This document shows, in pieces, positions 18,567 through 27,239 of a stretch of 64,000 bases of DNA (its first letter is position 1; each line of letters opens with the position of its first letter). This DNA is from Candidatus Omnitrophota bacterium (GTDB lineage Bacteria; Omnitrophota; Gorgyraeia; 2-01-FULL-45-10), in contig JAUYOL010000036.1 in the NCBI GenBank assembly GCA_030695905.1, forward strand, positions 54,814-118,813, given 5' to 3'. The position numbers and the translations under genes are program-made. The notes below the pieces were generated by a model, which was not told the origin of the DNA, did not search any database, and saw nothing but the letters and a program-made list of their open reading frames with translations.

Positions 18567-19592
18567 TTACTTTTTTATTGCCGCGATCCTCACATGTGAA
18601 CTTAATTGAAAATGCTGCAAATACTCCTGAAGCGAGCGCAGAGACTCTTTGCCTCTATTATCAAAAATATATTTCCAAAAACCGTCGATAGATATACCAC
18701 GATCTTTCTCGTACTCCCTCTTGACAGTCTCAACGTCAAACCTGCCCGGAGTGCTCACTTCGATTATTTCAAAACCGGCGTTTTTTATCCCGGAGATCAT
18801 GGCCTCCAGCGACAATATGTTTAACCTGTCGGGGACTATAACGTTAGGAGAGATATCCCTCAAGACTTGATATTCAAACCCGCTTGCAGTAACGGACGTA
18901 ATGATAAACAGGCCGTTCTTTGCGCAGGAACGATATGCTAAATCAAACAGATCCTTAGGCGAAAAAACCCTTTCTATTATTTCAAAGGCAGCGAAAATGT
19001 CCACCTTACCGGCGAATTCTCCGGTGTTTTTTAAAATTTTTGCGTTCTTTAACAACAGATCTTCTTGTTCATAGCACTGCGGCATCAATGAAATGGACGA
19101 AGAAAAGACACCGGATTCATTAAGTTCTTTTAGAAAATCCGGATACCTGGTGCCGTAATCTAAAAATATCCCTTTCTTGGAAAGATACTCTCCGACCAAA
19201 TCGATAAGCCACTGGGTACGATAAGAAAAGACATTTTGTGCGCGCGTTTCCGAAGTTTTTTTGAAAAAAACTTCCCTAAGGAATTTTCCGGAACTGGAAT
19301 CTTTATAGAAATTCCTCAGCGCTTCTTCGCTGGGACGCGGAGAAGCATACCAGGAACCGCAGATACCGCATACATGATAGGTAAAACCATTTTTAACAAA
19401 ATGCCTCTCCTCTTTTTTAGACAGGCAACCCGGGCATTTAATATCCGTCAACAGCGATTTATCAGAAAAATATTGTTTTATGTCCTTAACAACCAGCTTC
19501 TTGTACTCATTGTAGATATGCTCTGGCCGAATCTCCGATTCTTTTAAATCATCTAAAAATACTACATTTCTCATATTTTCCCCCTTCCGCAA
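18567..19592 (-). CDS. SAM-dependent methyltransferase with N-terminal zinc-ribbon (sugar C-methyltransferase-like, TylCIII-type architecture)
   Basis: CPGCLSKKEERHF...HVCGICGSWYASPRP Cys4 ribbon followed by a Rossmann methyltransferase fold (FLDYGTRYPDFL...). Confidence 0.45.
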   Translation of the reverse strand: MRKGENMRNVVFLDDLKESEIRPEHIYNEYKKLVVKDIKQYFSDKSLLTDIKCPGCLSKKEERHFVKNGFTYHVCGICGSWYASPRPSEEALRNFYKDSSSGKFLREVFFKKTSETRAQNVFSYRTQWLIDLVGEYLSKKGIFLDYGTRYPDFLKELNESGVFSSSISLMPQCYEQEDLLLKNAKILKNTGEFAGKVDIFAAFEIIERVFSPKDLFDLAYRSCAKNGLFIITSVTASGFEYQVLRDISPNVIVPDRLNILSLEAMISGIKNAGFEIIEVSTPGRFDVETVKREYEKDRGISIDGFWKYIFDNRGKESLRSLQEYLQHFQLSSHVRIAAIKK

Positions 19593-20641
19593 AGATCTGA
19601 AACACCGCCGGCATTTATGTTCTTATCATCGGCATATATCCTCTGGACCAGGTCCATTGTCTTTATCGCGTCATCCACCCCGCCATTAGTGATCGGCTTA
19701 TCCTCTGCCACGCACTCTACAAACTCGCTGATCTCAGCTATCCAGGAGTCGTCGTCATCATAATAAACCATATTTTCCTGAGGATTAGGCATGGGGTAAT
19801 TATTTTTGTCAAAAATACACCTGGCTATCTTTAATGTCTCCCTGCCATATGTCCGCGTTGAGGAAAGGATCCCGTCTATCTCCAAATACCCTTTTTCCAT
19901 ATATATCTCCAGCAGAAATTTATGCCTCCACTGTGTTGCCGAAGAATGAATCATCGCGGTCTGCCCGGTCCCGGCGTTGCGCAGCAACGCGAAGACATTA
20001 TCCTCGACTTCCACCTTCCAGTACGAATTACCGACAAAGCTTTTAACCTCATCAAATTCTCCGCAAAAATAACGGAAGAGGTCGAGCATGTGGATCCCCT
20101 GGTCTATCAATATACCCCCTCCGGACAGCGCTTTCTTATTGCGCCAATCTAAATCATAACCGGCTCCTCCGGCTTTGCCATATATGCCACGCATCCACAT
20201 TATATTCCCTAATCTGGCGCTCTTTACAATTGACCTGGCCTCTTTAACACCTTCGTGATAACGGTGGTTAAAACCGAATTTTACCTTTACCGAAGGATTG
20301 TTGACGGATGAGCGCTGAATCGCCTTTACATCTTCCAGGGTACAGCCTGGCGGTTTCTCGCTGAACACGTGAATCCCGCGCGATATAGCCTCAACGGCAA
20401 TCTCCGGTATGTGCCGGTTATAAGAACATATGAACACGATATCCGGTTTTTTATCCAAAACTTTTCTAAAATCATCGAAAAACGGCACGCCCGGCTGCTG
20501 CCACACACCGGGGTTGATATCGCACACGCCCGTCAATTCAAGGGCGGGATGGCGATCGACGCATTCATGGCGTATCTTTCCCACCTTGCCGTAGCCGATA
20601 ATCCCGACCTTATACTTTTTTTTCAATCTGTTCGTCGTCAT
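19571..20641 (-). CDS. Gfo/Idh/MocA-family NAD(P)-dependent oxidoreductase (sugar dehydrogenase)
   Basis: KVGIIGYGKVGKIRHE...ELTGVCD N-terminal dinucleotide-binding motif. EKP active-site motif (FSEKPPG). Confidence 0.8.
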   Translation of the reverse strand: MTTNRLKKKYKVGIIGYGKVGKIRHECVDRHPALELTGVCDINPGVWQQPGVPFFDDFRKVLDKKPDIVFICSYNRHIPEIAVEAISRGIHVFSEKPPGCTLEDVKAIQRSSVNNPSVKVKFGFNHRYHEGVKEARSIVKSARLGNIMWMRGIYGKAGGAGYDLDWRNKKALSGGGILIDQGIHMLDLFRYFCGEFDEVKSFVGNSYWKVEVEDNVFALLRNAGTGQTAMIHSSATQWRHKFLLEIYMEKGYLEIDGILSSTRTYGRETLKIARCIFDKNNYPMPNPQENMVYYDDDDSWIAEISEFVECVAEDKPITNGGVDDAIKTMDLVQRIYADDKNINAGGVSDLCGRGKI

Positions 20642-22134
20642 TTTGTAAAATATTTATCCTGATAAATCTTCTTAAGCATATTGAACATGCGGTTGCCCTC
20701 ATCGTCAAACTTTTCAGCTCTCTTTATCTGCTGCCAATATTCCTTCGGCATGCGGGCATATAAAGCAAACGTCCTTTGCAGTCCCCTTACCTCTTCTTTG
20801 GATAATTGAGGCATATCCAATGACACGTCTACGTTGATAGAGCCGGGGGTAAAACCCTCAGATATAAAGCCCTTTTCAACACAAAGTTTATACAAGGGTG
20901 TGCCGTGAAAAGGGGCGAAAGTAGCGGCATTTACAGTATCAAAAACAAGCTGACGGTTCAATCCAATAGTATCAAAAATCAGCTCCCGGGTTTCACCGGG
21001 GAATCCTATTATATTATTAACCGTTAAGGGTATTCCGACGTCGGCTATTATCTTCGATGCCTTTATCATCTTATCATTATCGAATCTTTTCTTTAGCACC
21101 TTCTTCCGAAACTCATCATTGCCGTGCTCGAGCCCCATGGACATGCGGTGGCACCCCACCTCTTTAAGTTTTTTTATCTTGTATTTAGTAATCACCTCGA
21201 CTCGTGACTGCATCCAAAAAGGCAGTTTTATATCCGCATAAAAATCGATAAATTCTTCAAACTCATCATCGGTAAGAGTTAAAAAAGTATCGGAAGCAAA
21301 ATAAACATATTCAGCATTCCATTTCTTTACCAAATACTGCACTTCTTCCTTGATCTTCTTCATGGATTTTTTCCTGAAAAATACTCCGGCATCACTGTCA
21401 CGATACAGCTGTGAAGTCGACGGAGAATTACAAAAAGTGCAGGAATACGGACATCCCCTGTTAGTTTCTATCGGTATTGTCAAATATACCTTGCCTGCCA
21501 TGGGGCGGAAAAATCTCTGCTTCTCAAATAAGTCGTAATCGGGAATTGGCAGCCCGTTCAGATCTATGGGCTTTTTTAATTTATTGACTATTATCCTGCC
21601 GTCTTTTTTGATGACCAGGTTCTCTACGCCAAAACAATCTTTGCCTTCCGACAAACGCTTGCACACCTCAATCAGGGCGTCTTCTCCTTCACCGCGGCAT
21701 ACCATGCTAATATTTTTGTTTGACAGGATAATTTCCGGCGCAAAAGTAGCGAATACCCCGCCGGCAAGAACAGGGATATCAAATCTTTCAATGGCTTTTA
21801 TCATGCGAAGAGCGATCGGATATGTGCATTCCAGGATAGAAATGGTAATCAGGTCCGGCTTAAAATCCTGCACTTTTTTGACAAGATCGTCTTCAAAGAG
21901 CCCTTCATTAAGCCTTACGTCTCTTTCTCCATAATCAAAAGGACGGACCTGAAGATTTTCCTGCTTGGCATCATCCGATCCCCTCTCTTTTTTGTCGGCA
22001 TAAAAAGTAGTATCAAACAAGTCCGCTTCAAAACCATTTTGCTTGAGTAAAGCTGTAAATATGCCGATAGAGATCGGCGGCGGATTTAAAAGTTTACCGT
22101 TGGGATATAAAAGCAAAGCTTTAAAAGGTTTCAT
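20638..22134 (-). CDS. Cobalamin (B12)-binding radical SAM enzyme (class B)
   Basis: ALLLYPN...PDLITISIL B12-binding domain. IETNRGCPYSCTFCNS radical-SAM motif. 498 aa. Confidence 0.8.
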   Translation of the reverse strand: MKPFKALLLYPNGKLLNPPPISIGIFTALLKQNGFEADLFDTTFYADKKERGSDDAKQENLQVRPFDYGERDVRLNEGLFEDDLVKKVQDFKPDLITISILECTYPIALRMIKAIERFDIPVLAGGVFATFAPEIILSNKNISMVCRGEGEDALIEVCKRLSEGKDCFGVENLVIKKDGRIIVNKLKKPIDLNGLPIPDYDLFEKQRFFRPMAGKVYLTIPIETNRGCPYSCTFCNSPSTSQLYRDSDAGVFFRKKSMKKIKEEVQYLVKKWNAEYVYFASDTFLTLTDDEFEEFIDFYADIKLPFWMQSRVEVITKYKIKKLKEVGCHRMSMGLEHGNDEFRKKVLKKRFDNDKMIKASKIIADVGIPLTVNNIIGFPGETRELIFDTIGLNRQLVFDTVNAATFAPFHGTPLYKLCVEKGFISEGFTPGSINVDVSLDMPQLSKEEVRGLQRTFALYARMPKEYWQQIKRAEKFDDEGNRMFNMLKKIYQDKYFTK

Positions 22135-22951
22135 ATTTTAAGTTGGTTTTACCCAGCATGCCGTATTTCTCCGGCATCAGGACGTTAAAAGGTATATGTA
22201 TTATATCTATAACCGGATCGACCGACCTTACAAACTCGTGTATTTGGGCCAGATTACCGGGAGTATCAGTGACTTTTGGAATCAGGGGCACCCTTACGGA
22301 TACATGTTTCTTTGCCTCATGCAAACGCCTAAAATTATCCAAAATACATCCGTTTGACCTGCCTGTATATTTTTCATGAAGCTCGGGATCGATAAATTTC
22401 AGATCAAACAGGAAAAGATCGACAAAAGGCAAAATTTTCATGAAGGCTTCGGGCTCGGAATAACCGCTGGTATCCAAGGCCACGTTTATTCCGTTTTTCT
22501 CCGCAAGACTTGCCAATTCACAGGAAAAGTCTATCTGAAACAGCGGTTCGCCCCCGGAAATCGTTACCCCTCCTCCGGACATCTCATAATAACTTTTATC
22601 GCTAAGCGCCTGATGAATAATCTCCTCGGCTGGCAATTCCATGCCTGACCATAAAAGCGCTTTCAAACTGCAATTATTGACACACAAACCGCAACGATCG
22701 CAATCATCGCTTTTAAAAACAATCTTATCCTGCCAGTCAAAACATTTTTTCGAACAAAGCTCCACGCATCTGCGGCACCCTGCGCAACGCTCGCGCAAAA
22801 ACAAGACCTCGGAAAACCGCGGGATATTTTCCGGATTATGGCACCAGACACAATTAAGGGGGCAGCCTTTTAAAAAAATCGTGGTACGGATGCCCGGCCC
22901 GTCATGCAGGGAAAACTTTTGTACCCTGGTAATAAAACCTTTTGCGCTCAT
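22121..22951 (-). CDS. Glycyl-radical-enzyme activating enzyme (PflA family) with two ferredoxin-like 4Fe-4S motifs
   Basis: HDGPGIRTTIFLKGCPLNCVWCHNPE (classic GRE-AE CxxxCxxC). Two additional clusters, CAGCRRCVELCSKKC and CDRCGLCVNNCS. 4-nt overlap with the upstream GRE gene. Confidence 0.85.
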   Translation of the reverse strand: MSAKGFITRVQKFSLHDGPGIRTTIFLKGCPLNCVWCHNPENIPRFSEVLFLRERCAGCRRCVELCSKKCFDWQDKIVFKSDDCDRCGLCVNNCSLKALLWSGMELPAEEIIHQALSDKSYYEMSGGGVTISGGEPLFQIDFSCELASLAEKNGINVALDTSGYSEPEAFMKILPFVDLFLFDLKFIDPELHEKYTGRSNGCILDNFRRLHEAKKHVSVRVPLIPKVTDTPGNLAQIHEFVRSVDPVIDIIHIPFNVLMPEKYGMLGKTNLKYETF

Positions 22952-24960
22952 TGCGCCCTCGCTATCACATGGTCCTGCATTTCTTTGCTTAACAAGACAA
23001 AGTAGTAAGAAAAACCCCAGACGCGGACGATAAGGTCTTTGTATCTATCGGGATGCTTTTGCGCGTCTAAAAGCTTTTGTTTATCCAAAATATTAATATT
23101 TAAAACACACCCCCCTTTTTGGCAAAACACTTTAACCAGAGATATCAGGATGCTCTCAGGATGCTCGATCTCTTTGAAAACCGTAAGCGGCAGATTTAAA
23201 TGTAAAGTCGACCCAAATACCTGTTCACTTAAATTTAATTTACAAACGGAATTTATCACAGCGGTCGGACCTTTAAGAGCCGTACCGGGAGTAGGTGATA
23301 TATGCTCCCCCACCAAAGAGCCGAATTCGCGACCGTCAGGCGTTGCGCCGACGCTATACGCCGTATGATTGAATAAATGATTATAAAGCCCCGGCAAGAT
23401 TGGCCGTCCCGTGCGATCCTTATGCTCCTGCACCCATAAAGCGAATTTTCCGGCGATATCAACTGCCAGTTTATCCACGAAATCGTCATCATTACCGAAC
23501 TTAGGGGCGCCCTTGCAAAGACCCTGCAAAACGCGATAATCCTGAAAATTATTACGCAGGGCCGAAAGAAGGTCTTCCCGGCAAATATTCTTTTTGTCAT
23601 AGATTAAATATTTGACCGCCGCTAAGCTATTTACGGCCGTACCCAATGAACCTATGAAAAGCCCGTAAGTGTGATAACAGGACGGGTTTCTATATGGTTC
23701 CGTGGCATTTTCCAGAACATCAGGCATTGTTGCGGCGGTGAATAAACGCATGGGGTAAGCATCGCTGTTATAAGGGTCTTTAAGCATGACCCTTATCTGA
23801 TATTTTATCTGTTTTAAATAAGCCTCATAGAATTCATCGAAGCTTTCCATTTTTAAAAAATCGCCTGTGCTCAGCCCTTTTCTAATAGGCGATCCTACAT
23901 CAATTGAATCCTGCATCGAAGAATAATACTGCATCTTCTTTTTATCGGGAATATTCTCCGCACCATTAAACAGAACATGTTCGACGGCTTTAACGCAATC
24001 TATGTAACGAAACCAGGTCTCTCCGCACCCGTCGAGGATTATTTCAGAACAGCCGTCGTTACAATAGTTATAAGCGATTTTCTCAGGACGGCCGCATAGC
24101 TTTAATCCCTTAATAATAAAGTCGTCGTTAAATACGGTACATATGCCCCTGCCGGTAAGCTGCAGGCGAGCAACAAGTTCCAGCAGTCTCGGCGTACTAT
24201 TCTTGTGTAAACGAACATTAATTTTTGGCTCGATGTATTTGTTGATGATCATGGATTCCAGAATGATGTAGCTGATGTCATTAGTCTGGTCGTTGCCATC
24301 TGCATCCTGCCCTGAAAGCATAATATTCTGTAAGGTGTCGCCTACCCCCGATCCGCGTTTTTCAAAACGAAACAAAAGTTCATCCACGATCTTTTTTGCT
24401 TCGTGGCAGGTAAGGATATTTCTTCCGACGTCATTCTTATAAAAATGGAAAAGATGCTGATCTGTGCGCCCGACAGTAGAAGTTCCTATCCGGAAGATCA
24501 CGGCAAACCAGTAAAGCTGACATGCCTCGAGGAACGTCTGTGGGGCCCTTTCAGTCAAAGCAACACAAGTCTTATGGATTTCTTTTAACCCGAGTTTTTG
24601 CGCAGCCAAAGAGAATTTTTTCACGATCTCGATCACGGCCGAATAAACCTGTGCTATAAGCAACAGGTATTCCTTCTCATTGCCATTGAATTTTTGGGCA
24701 TTGTCTAAAGCCTCTTTTTTAATTCCGGCAAATCCCAGAGAAAGAAGCCTGCGCATGCCCAGCGGGTAATGAAAGTTATCATGGTTGCGCGGCCAGACCG
24801 GATAAGGGGGAGAAACAAATGGACCGGCCAGATAAGAATCTGGGCCGACGTCTATCCCGATCTTATTAAGCCAGTCGAGATACATCTCATTATCCTTTTT
24901 AATAGTTTGGATGACAGTATTTGTTATAGGCATAATATTCCGATTACTAATTAAGCACAA
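22948..24960 (-). CDS. Glycyl radical enzyme, short (670 aa) PFL-like family member of unknown specificity
   Basis: C-terminal HPDRYKDLIVRVWGFSYYFVLLSKEMQDHVIARAQ aligns with the PFL glycine-radical domain ([32 protein letters not shown]); Gly is retained in RVWGF. ATPDGREFGSLVGEHISPTPG matches PFL NTPDGRRAGAPFGPGANP. Candidate Cys loop NDGCSEI. A cognate activase lies immediately downstream. Confidence 0.75.
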   Translation of the reverse strand: MCLISNRNIMPITNTVIQTIKKDNEMYLDWLNKIGIDVGPDSYLAGPFVSPPYPVWPRNHDNFHYPLGMRRLLSLGFAGIKKEALDNAQKFNGNEKEYLLLIAQVYSAVIEIVKKFSLAAQKLGLKEIHKTCVALTERAPQTFLEACQLYWFAVIFRIGTSTVGRTDQHLFHFYKNDVGRNILTCHEAKKIVDELLFRFEKRGSGVGDTLQNIMLSGQDADGNDQTNDISYIILESMIINKYIEPKINVRLHKNSTPRLLELVARLQLTGRGICTVFNDDFIIKGLKLCGRPEKIAYNYCNDGCSEIILDGCGETWFRYIDCVKAVEHVLFNGAENIPDKKKMQYYSSMQDSIDVGSPIRKGLSTGDFLKMESFDEFYEAYLKQIKYQIRVMLKDPYNSDAYPMRLFTAATMPDVLENATEPYRNPSCYHTYGLFIGSLGTAVNSLAAVKYLIYDKKNICREDLLSALRNNFQDYRVLQGLCKGAPKFGNDDDFVDKLAVDIAGKFALWVQEHKDRTGRPILPGLYNHLFNHTAYSVGATPDGREFGSLVGEHISPTPGTALKGPTAVINSVCKLNLSEQVFGSTLHLNLPLTVFKEIEHPESILISLVKVFCQKGGCVLNINILDKQKLLDAQKHPDRYKDLIVRVWGFSYYFVLLSKEMQDHVIARAQ

Positions 24961-25724
24961 AGGTATCCGCCGTCAACCGGTATTACGGCACCGTTGAGAT
25001 AGTCGGACATCGGCGAAGATAAGAATATTACAATACCTTTTAGATCCTCGCCCTTCCCCCAGCGTCCCAGCGATATTCTTTGCAAGATCGCGGCGTTGCG
25101 TTTTTGATCCTGCTGCAGGGGCAATGTCAAATCCGTAGCCATAAAGCCCGGAGCTACAGCGTTAACATTGATGCCGTATTTGCCCAGTCCGTTGGCGAAG
25201 CTTTTAGTCAAGCCGATAATCCCGTGTTTCGACGCGACATAAGACGGCACTCTTAAACCGCCCTGAAAAGAAAGCATGGAGGCCAGATTGATAATCTTTC
25301 CGGATCTCTGTTTAATAAATATCTTAGCTGCCACCCTGGATAAATAAAACGGGACGGTTAAATTTATCTTCAGAACATCCTGCCAGTCGGTGTCGCTGAA
25401 ATCCTCTACTTCACCGCGGCGGCTTATGCCCGCGCTATTAATAAGTATATCTAAACGGGAAAATTCTTTTTTCACCTGATTTACAACCTTCTCGAGGTCT
25501 TTCTCGGATGCCTGCAAAAGGTCGACCTTGATCCGTTCGAAAACAACGCCAAGCCTTTTTCCCAGTTTAGGCAAATAGTCGTTTTCCGAGCGATCCAGGG
25601 CAACGACATCGGCCCCGGCCTCAAGCAACCCTTCGGCAATTGACCGCCCCAACCCTTTTGAGGTACCGGTTATCAAAACGACTTTCCCCTTCAAACCAAA
25701 TTTATCCAGCAACTTATTTTTCAT
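24951..25724 (-). CDS. Short-chain dehydrogenase/reductase (classical SDR)
   Basis: KVVLITGTSKGLGRSIA (TGxxxGxG); NSAG; YVASKHG (YxxxK). Confidence 0.8.
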   Translation of the reverse strand: MKNKLLDKFGLKGKVVLITGTSKGLGRSIAEGLLEAGADVVALDRSENDYLPKLGKRLGVVFERIKVDLLQASEKDLEKVVNQVKKEFSRLDILINSAGISRRGEVEDFSDTDWQDVLKINLTVPFYLSRVAAKIFIKQRSGKIINLASMLSFQGGLRVPSYVASKHGIIGLTKSFANGLGKYGINVNAVAPGFMATDLTLPLQQDQKRNAAILQRISLGRWGKGEDLKGIVIFLSSPMSDYLNGAVIPVDGGYLCA

Positions 25725-26485
25725 AGGTTCCCGTAGCTCCTAAAAAAAGGATCGTTCTCCATGATCTTCGAGACCGCCTCGCGATCCTGCGGAGTATCGA
25801 TCCCCTTAGTCTTATTGGGAGACAAGATCACCTTAACCTTGATCCCGGTTTCTATAAACCGCATCATGTCATCGGACTCGGCGATCTCCAGAGGCGTTTC
25901 TTTCATGGTTAAATACTTCAGCGCTATCTCCCTGGACAAGCCATAAAGTCCCAGCTGCTTGTAATGCCCGCGCGCCTTCCCGTAAGGGATGGGCAGGCGC
26001 GAGAAATATAGAGCAAACCCGTTTTGATCAAAAACCACCTTAACATTGTTGTAACTATTTATCTCCTCCTCGCCTTCCAAGATTTCAATAAGGTTAACGC
26101 AGAAAATGTCTTTCTCTTCAAGAAATGGTTTTACCAGTAAATCCAGCGTATCCGGGTCAAGCATGGGCTCATCGCCCTGTATGTTCAAAACAACGTCAAA
26201 AGCAATGCCGGCCTTATCCAGTTTCTGACAGGCTTCGGCAATGCGATCCGTGCAGCGCGTATGTTTGGAACTTGTCATGATCACCTTTGCGCCAAACGCC
26301 AAGGCCTTTTCTTTTATCTCGGTATCACAAGTAGCTATATAAATATCGCTGATATTTTTATTAAGCCTCGCCCGCCGCCAAACATGCTCTATCATGGTCT
26401 TGCCGCAGATATCCGCAAGAGGTTTCCCCGGGAAACGGCTTGATCCCATGCGGGCGGGGATCATAGCAATAATTTTCATAGACAA
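25721..26485 (-). CDS. kdsB: 3-deoxy-manno-octulosonate cytidylyltransferase-like CMP-ulosonic-acid synthetase (KdsB family)
   Basis: Near-collinear with E. coli KdsB motifs: IPARMGSSRFPGKPLADICGKTMIEHV, QGDEPM, VKVVFDQNGFALYFSRLPIP, GIDTPQD. Confidence 0.8.
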   Translation of the reverse strand: MSMKIIAMIPARMGSSRFPGKPLADICGKTMIEHVWRRARLNKNISDIYIATCDTEIKEKALAFGAKVIMTSSKHTRCTDRIAEACQKLDKAGIAFDVVLNIQGDEPMLDPDTLDLLVKPFLEEKDIFCVNLIEILEGEEEINSYNNVKVVFDQNGFALYFSRLPIPYGKARGHYKQLGLYGLSREIALKYLTMKETPLEIAESDDMMRFIETGIKVKVILSPNKTKGIDTPQDREAVSKIMENDPFFRSYGNL

Positions 26486-27237
26486 CTCCTAATCTCCCTT
26501 AAACATTTTTTGGTATATTCGCCCAAAAAGAGAAAATCCACCCCAAAACCTATAAACTTAACCCCCTCCTTTACCCTCTCCTTGACCAAGACGGGCCGCG
26601 GCTCCACAACATGCTGGCCCATAAGATAACCAAACTTTTTTGATTTCCGATGGATCTCTTTAAGCGCAGACTTCACTCTGGTATCGGAAAAATCCCCAGG
26701 ACAGCCCAGCGAAGCGGAAAGGTCATACAGCCCTATGATAAAACCATCCACGCCTTCAACGCTCATGATCTCTTCAAGATTTTCAACGGCTTTAATATGC
26801 TCCACCTGTACAATAACAATGCTTTTTTTCTGGTTCCAGTCCCTGTACTTTTTAAAATCAAGGCTATAACCCTGCGCACGGGTGAGCCCTGCCCCTCTTG
26901 TGCCAATAGGGGGATATTTCACAGCATTGACACACTTTTGGGCGTCAGCCTTTGAATTAACAAGCGGCACCAAAACACCGTGGGCTCCGGCATCCATAAA
27001 TCTTTTAATAATATCATGATCATTCTGCCTGACCCGCACCAGTGGGGTTACCCCGCAAAGTTCGACCACCCTGATCAGTTCAGCAGCCTGGGCAAAAGAA
27101 AGCTGGCTATGCTCAGTGTCTACGACCAACCAGTCAAAACCTAACTTGGCCATGATCTCGGCAACCGCGCAGTCCGCGAGAGTAATCCATGTGCCTATCG
27201 TCACGGCGCCTTTGGCGAGCCTGTTCTTCAGATCCAT
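26476..27237 (-). CDS. HpcH/HpaI-family class II (metal-dependent) pyruvate aldolase
   Basis: GTWITLADCAVAEIMAKLGFDWLVVDTEHS...RV...DAGAHGVLVP pattern of HpcH/HpaI/GarL aldolases. 253 aa. Confidence 0.7.
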   Translation of the reverse strand: MDLKNRLAKGAVTIGTWITLADCAVAEIMAKLGFDWLVVDTEHSQLSFAQAAELIRVVELCGVTPLVRVRQNDHDIIKRFMDAGAHGVLVPLVNSKADAQKCVNAVKYPPIGTRGAGLTRAQGYSLDFKKYRDWNQKKSIVIVQVEHIKAVENLEEIMSVEGVDGFIIGLYDLSASLGCPGDFSDTRVKSALKEIHRKSKKFGYLMGQHVVEPRPVLVKERVKEGVKFIGFGVDFLFLGEYTKKCLREIRSCL

Positions 27238-27239
27238 AT

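Noticed and set aside
22948-24960. Alternative reading of the 670-aa protein as a truncated/pseudogenised pyruvate formate-lyase
   Set aside because: The ORF is uninterrupted, has its own start overlapping the upstream SDR stop, retains the radical Gly and C-terminal domain, and is followed by an intact activase. It looks like a functional short GRE subfamily member, not a decayed pflB.
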